Assembly: GCF_006345805.1 (NCBI RefSeq)
Contig: NW_021833773.1
Coordinates: 1-55,582 of the forward strand
Origin: Octopus sinensis
Taxonomy: Eukaryota
Direction: 5' to 3'
DNA: 55,582 nucleotides
Below, one piece after another: positions 49,691 to 55,582 of this stretch (the first letter of the stretch is position 1; each line of letters opens with the position of its first letter). The position numbers were made by a program, and so were the translations under genes. A model generated the notes under the pieces. The model searched no databases and was not told the origin of the DNA. It saw only the letters and a list, made by a program, of their open reading frames with translations.

Positions 49691-51159
49691 AACTTGTACA
49701 TATATGTGTGTGTTGTGTGCGTGTGTGTATGTATGTATATATATACTATAAATGCCCTTGTTTACTAGATCTCTGTCAATCACGCCATACAGGAGTAGAC
49801 AGTTAAAGCTAGCCAGCTGTCAAGAGCAAGAATGCTAGAAAGACAAGCATTCAGATGGACAGATAGTGAAATATTGGAAATGATGTTAGAAAGAATGTGA
49901 GTAAGGAGGTAGGATGAGTGAGGGGATTGGTGAAGAAAAATATAGTTTGGTTATTGAGAATGATGATGGCTCATGTGATGAAATAATATAAATTAGTATA
50001 AAAGAAACTATAAAAACATATAGATTATATGGTTAAATATGCAGAGTGGATTGATGGTATGAGCGGTACAGAGAATGGACTTGTTGTCATTCAACGAGCG
50101 AGACAAGCAATTCGGTGAGTAGACAGTGAAATATAGGGATTGATGGAAGTCTGAGAGAAGAAACGACGTGAGTATGAAAGATAGAACTTGTTAACCAAGA
50201 GAGAAATTTTAGAAAACTTACTGGGAAATGTAATGGATGGAGAGAGTATGAACGGATATTTAAGTATATAAAAAGAATAGAAAGAGAGAGAAAGAGAGAG
50301 AGAGAGTAAGAGAGAGAGATTTATATTTGATGTTCAAGTACGTGTGGTGATGAAAGCGTTAGGAAATAATGAGAATATGTACAAAAATATTTTAAGAAGA
50401 AAAACAGACAGATATAGAGAAGAAAAGCAGTAAAACGATTGAAACAGAAAAACATAATAGAAGAATAGTCGAGGGAGGATATGAAAAGATAACTTTAAAA
50501 AAAATATACAACAAAAGAACGAAAGTGAAAGAGATATAAGTTACAGAGCTCGACTTCGAATTGTCGACGTAAAGCAAATGCAATCAGAAGATATGAATAC
50601 GAAGTGAGGACGAGACGAAGACTTGCAAAGTGCCTGAAAGAGATACGAGATGGAACAGTTAAAAGGTGAATCAGATTAACTATGGATGAAGATGAGAACA
50701 ACACCGTCACTTTTGATGGGTACTACGATAGTGTACATATACATACATACATATACATATATATATATATATGTATATATATATTTATAAATATACATAT
50801 ACATATGCACATATATATATATATATATATATATATACAGCCATATGCACACACGCACACACACGCAAACATATATATGTAATATACATATACATTATAT
50901 GCATATTTACATGCGTATATATGTGTGCGTATATGTTACATAGTATAGATACATAAGTTACCCGCCATATATATCTGTATGTGCACAAACACACATACAT
51001 ACACACACACACAAACACACACACACACACACACACACTGAACGAAAGTGAAAGTGAGAAAGGGATTAAATTATTGCTGAAAATAAATGAAAAAAAACAA
51101 AAATAGAATGTTAAAAAACGTTCCCAAATGAAATGAAAGCCAATAATAATAATAATAAC

Positions 51160-51194
<35 letters not shown>

Positions 51195-51345
51195 TAATAA
51201 TAATAATAGTAATAATAATAATAATGATAATAATAATAAGACATTAACGTACGGATGGCCAAAGGTGAAACATGTTGTTTGTATCATTGTTATTGGTAAT
51301 GCCGTTACTGTTGAATCTGTAGCATTTACTCTCTTGTTCTTTTCG

Positions 51346-51378
<33 letters not shown>

Positions 51379-51396
51379 TTGTCATCATCATCATCA

Positions 51397-51459
<63 letters not shown>

Positions 51460-52419
51460 CAGTGTCCTAACGTTATTTTACACATTCTGCTTCATGTTAT
51501 TGTCAGTTCTGCCCTTTTTTTCAGCATGGTTTTTCTTTATTTTTTTTCTTATTCTGTTTCTTAGTAATCATTTATCGTTTTTTTTTTGTTGTTTTTTTTT
51601 TTGCTATTTTCTTAACTGTCGTTCCCCACCCCACTACCTACATATTTTTTTTTACCTTATTTCTTCTCCTCCCACTATTACTCCTCTCGACTTTCTCATC
51701 TTTTGTTCTTATTCATGTTTGTCATTTTTCCCCCTCTCTCCCTCCCTGTTGTTGTTTCATTGTTGTTGCTCTTGTTTTAGCCCCTTTTTTTTCTTCTTGC
51801 AAATGTTTGTCTTTCATTTCTATGAATTTTCCCTACATTTCTGACACTATTTACATCTTCATTCGTCCTCATTCTCCACTTATTTTTTTGTCTATTTTTC
51901 CCTTTACGGGGTCTATCTATTCCACTCAAGACAACTCGCCCTTTAGTTATTTTCAACACTAATTCTATCCTTCCTTCTTTCTCTATTTCTCTCCTTCCAC
52001 CTGCTCATTTCACTAATTTTCTTACTCCCTCTTTAACTCCATATCACTATCTACACCTCCCTCTCTAATTTCATCCAACACTTTATTCTATGAACGCTTA
52101 CTCTCAAGTTTCTCTCTTTTTCCACTTAGTTTTTTTATCCCTCGGTCTCGTTTGCTCTCTTAATCGCTTCGTCCAAAAACACTTTCTCCCTCTTTTTCGT
52201 TCCCTCTTTCGTTATCTCCCTCTCTCACTCAATCTTATTTGCGCTCTATAACAAACAGGATCACATACCTTCATGATATGCTTGCATGCACAACCATTCA
52301 CAAATACATATGTACACATATAGGTACTTATTCCAATGCTTATTTACATCTATTTCTGTGTTACCATACACAGTCCCTTACAGTTCATGGCTTCATTATA
52401 CACACACACAAACACCTAT

Positions 52420-52482
52420 GTGTGAGAGTATATATATATATATATATGTGTGTGTGCATATATATGCATATATATGTATATA

Positions 52483-52514
<32 letters not shown>

Positions 52515-53089
52515 AACATATATACATATATATATATACGTATGTACATATATATACAAATATATATTTATATATGTACATATATATACACATATATATA
52601 GACATACAGACTCACACACATACACCACACACACATATATATATAGAGAAGAGAGATTGGTAAATAGATATATGTATATATTAACAGTTATGTAGGGGCA
52701 CATGTAGATTTATTTATGTGTCCGTTTTCTGACTGCATGATTTTTTGTACACACACACACACACATATACGCGTGCATATATATTAGTAGATATATGCGG
52801 AGAGTCAATGAGAGATAGATATATTCAAGAGTATATAACGTAAGCAACCAAGCCCTATGTACGTATATATAATATGTGTGTATGTGTATAACATATATAT
52901 AAATACATGTGTATATACATATACATATAAATATATATATATATATATATGTGCGTGTATGTATATATATATATATATATACAATATATTATATATATAT
53001 GTGTATATATATATGTATGTATATATTGTATATATATACATATATGTATATGTATGTATATTATAATATGTATATATATATGTATATAT

Positions 53090-53125
<36 letters not shown>

Positions 53126-53203
53126 TGTATGTATATATATATTATATACATATATGATATACATATATACATATATATATATATAATATATATATTACAT
53201 AAC

Positions 53204-53245
<42 letters not shown>

Positions 53246-53263
53246 GTATATATGTATATATAT

Positions 53264-53320
<57 letters not shown>
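52420..53320. repeat. TA/CA/TG-rich microsatellite block (one of many, e.g. 80-285, 2700-3090, 4100-4760, 5445-5660, 12190-12540, 13190-13460, 27880-28240, 36320-36520, 38040-39065)
   Basis: Read directly. These blocks produce the [12 protein letters not shown] ORFs. Confidence 0.95.
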
Positions 53321-53322
<2 letters not shown>

Positions 53323-53799
53323 GCAGGAGAGAGAAACGGGAGAAATTATATCTTGAATCCTGACCAAATCTGACCCGACCATTACCCCCAGCCTACAAAC
53401 AACACCAACAAAAACAGCAAATCAACAAATGCATTAATAGAAAAATCTCCCTTGATTGTTCGATGGACAACAAACAACTCGTTTTGTTTTGTTTACACTT
53501 TTTTGTTTCTTTGTTTGTTTGTTTGGTTCATTTATTCATTCCTATGTATTTTTTTTTTCTCTGTTTGCGACGCTGGCCTCCTAATTTGAATTTTTCATTC
53601 CTATTGTTGTTTAGCCCCGGGTCAATCATGATAGAGAGCATCCACATTCATAAGCTGTTGTAGTTATGATCATCCTGTATATTCGTATATCGAGGACCAG
53701 TTTATATTATTATTATTTTTTGTTGTTGTTATTATTAGCGTTGTTGTTGTTGCTCTTGTCGTTTCTGCTGTGTCTTTTTTTTATGATGTTATTAAAGCG

Positions 53800-53970
53800 C
53801 CGAGCTGGATATGACTCTTTGTGACAGTTTCAACCGCCCTTATTTTCTCAGAGTCCATAAATTAAGTACCAGTCATGGACTGGGATTTTGATGTAGTCGA
53901 CTTGTCCTCTTCCCCAAAATTTCAGTAGAAAGGATTATTATAATTGTTATTATTATTATTATTATTATTA

Positions 53971-54009
<39 letters not shown>

Positions 54010-54311
54010 TATTATTATTATTATTATTATTATATTATTATTATTATTATTATTATCATTTCATTTCGTCTGTCCTTACGTTCTGAATTCATATTCCGCC
54101 GAGGTCGACTTTGCCTTTCATCCTTTCGGAATCTATAAATTAAGTACCAGTTATGTACTGGGATGGATGTAGTCGACTTATTACTATTATTATTATTATG
54201 ATTATTATTACTATTACTATTATTATTATTATTAATTATTCTTATTCTAATTATTATTATTATTATATTTTTATCATTTTATTATTATTATTATTATGAT
54301 TATTATTATAA

Positions 54312-54375
<64 letters not shown>

Positions 54376-54501
54376 TATTATCATTTCATTTCGTCTGTCC
54401 ATACGTTCTGAATTCATATTCGCCGAGGTCGACTTTGCCTTTCATCTTTTCAGAATCTATAAATTAAGTACCAGTTATGTACTGGGGACGAGTTAGTCGA
54501 C

Positions 54502-54560
<59 letters not shown>

Positions 54561-54613
54561 GTTATTATTATTATTATTATTTTTATTATTATTATCATTA
54601 TTATTATTATTTT

Positions 54614-54668
<55 letters not shown>

Positions 54669-54910
54669 ACAAAAACTAATTATTAAAAACAAAATTAATT
54701 ATTAAAATCCAAAATTAATTATCATTATTATCATTATTATTTCATTTCGTCCGTCTCTAAGTTTTGTTCAAATTCCACCGAGGTAGACTTCGGCTTTCGT
54801 CGTGTTGGGATCGATAAATTAAATACCAGCCATGTACTGGGGTCAATGTAGTCAAGTTATCCCCTTCCCCCAAAATTTCAGGCCCTGCGCCTTTTGTAGA
54901 AAGGATTACT
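53800..54910 (+). repeat. SINE group A fragments (about 53800-53940, 54058-54180, 54385-54505, 54740-54910) alternating with (ATT)n
   Basis: Each fragment contains ATAAATTAA(G/A)TACCAG...GTAGTC(G/A)A or its close variant and is separated from the next by ATT tracts. Confidence 0.85.
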
Positions 54911-55582
54911 ATCATTATTATTTCAATGGTACCATGCGAATTTGAAGGAGCTATGGATGCTTTATCCAGCGGGTTGAATTATCAAATCTCAGATTATTAC
55001 TCTGGTTGTTTTCACTGCCCCAGTGCTCGTATTTGTTGTTATTTTTTTGTCATTTTTTGCTTGTCATTTTGTTTTTTCCTTCATCAATCCTCATATTAAG
55101 AGCGGTCACAGTAGGAATAATATGTGTTGGGACGTGAAAGGGAGAGGAGAAAGTGTGAGAAGTGTTGAAATTAACCTGAATTTCAAATTAAACGAAGATT
55201 GATGGGCCAGAGACTCGGCCTTTCTTTCCAGGAATATCCCAAAACGTCCGATCACTCGGAATAGTTCATTTCGCATTTGCTAATATTGTTATAGCCGTTG
55301 TTACTATTGGTTGTTAGGTGAGAGGTAAAAGTGGGTAATGACGAACGTAGCTTTCAAATTATTTATTTTTTTCATAAATTTTCTGTTTCTTTTTGATTTC
55401 TCGTGGACTTTTCTTAGTTTTTATGATATGTTTGTTTTTTTTACTTCATCTCCCTATTGCCTTCAAACGCCTTTAGGATATCTTCTTCGACATACACCAT
55501 TTCCTTTCCATAGATTGCTTCTACGGTCTAGAAAGAATATTCTTGGTGTTAATTTTTACTTTCTTTCGTCCCAGTTTTTTCC

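Noticed and set aside
76-54692. The many [12 protein letters not shown], poly-Ile/Leu/Tyr/Asn and K/E/R-rich ORFs in the track
   Set aside because: They are translations of di-, tri- and tetranucleotide repeats, open in several frames and on both strands.

Overview
No protein-coding host gene can be supported in this AT-rich, microsatellite-saturated eukaryotic window. The repeat landscape (tRNA-derived SINEs, TA/CA/TATG/ATT/GATA tracts) strongly resembles octopus intronic or intergenic DNA, but that taxon call is my inference. Almost every ORF in the supplied track is a simple-repeat artefact. The interpretable content is mobile DNA: two decayed mariner transposases, a young 5'-truncated CR1-group LINE, an old copy of a related LINE split by a Helitron, two non-autonomous Helitrons, a piggyBac-like MITE, Penelope-like (PLE) GIY-YIG remnants, and three groups of tRNA-SINEs (my labels A, B, C). 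Best observations: (1) the young LINE's 5' end is fused to a 154/155-identical inverted copy of its own upstream flank, a templated insertion; (2) a dispersed repeat has minimal-hammerhead architecture with a shared non-canonical core; (3) SINE-A forms head-to-tail multimers joined at a fixed GGTAT microhomology; (4) the LINE 3' tail is shared with SINE-B; (5) a 1.57-kb block has ~155-bp inverted arms and an internal 32-bp array; (6) several small forward-inverted-forward template-switch scars recur. I see no evidence for a wholly new system. All alignments were done by eye, so coordinates of decayed elements are approximate.
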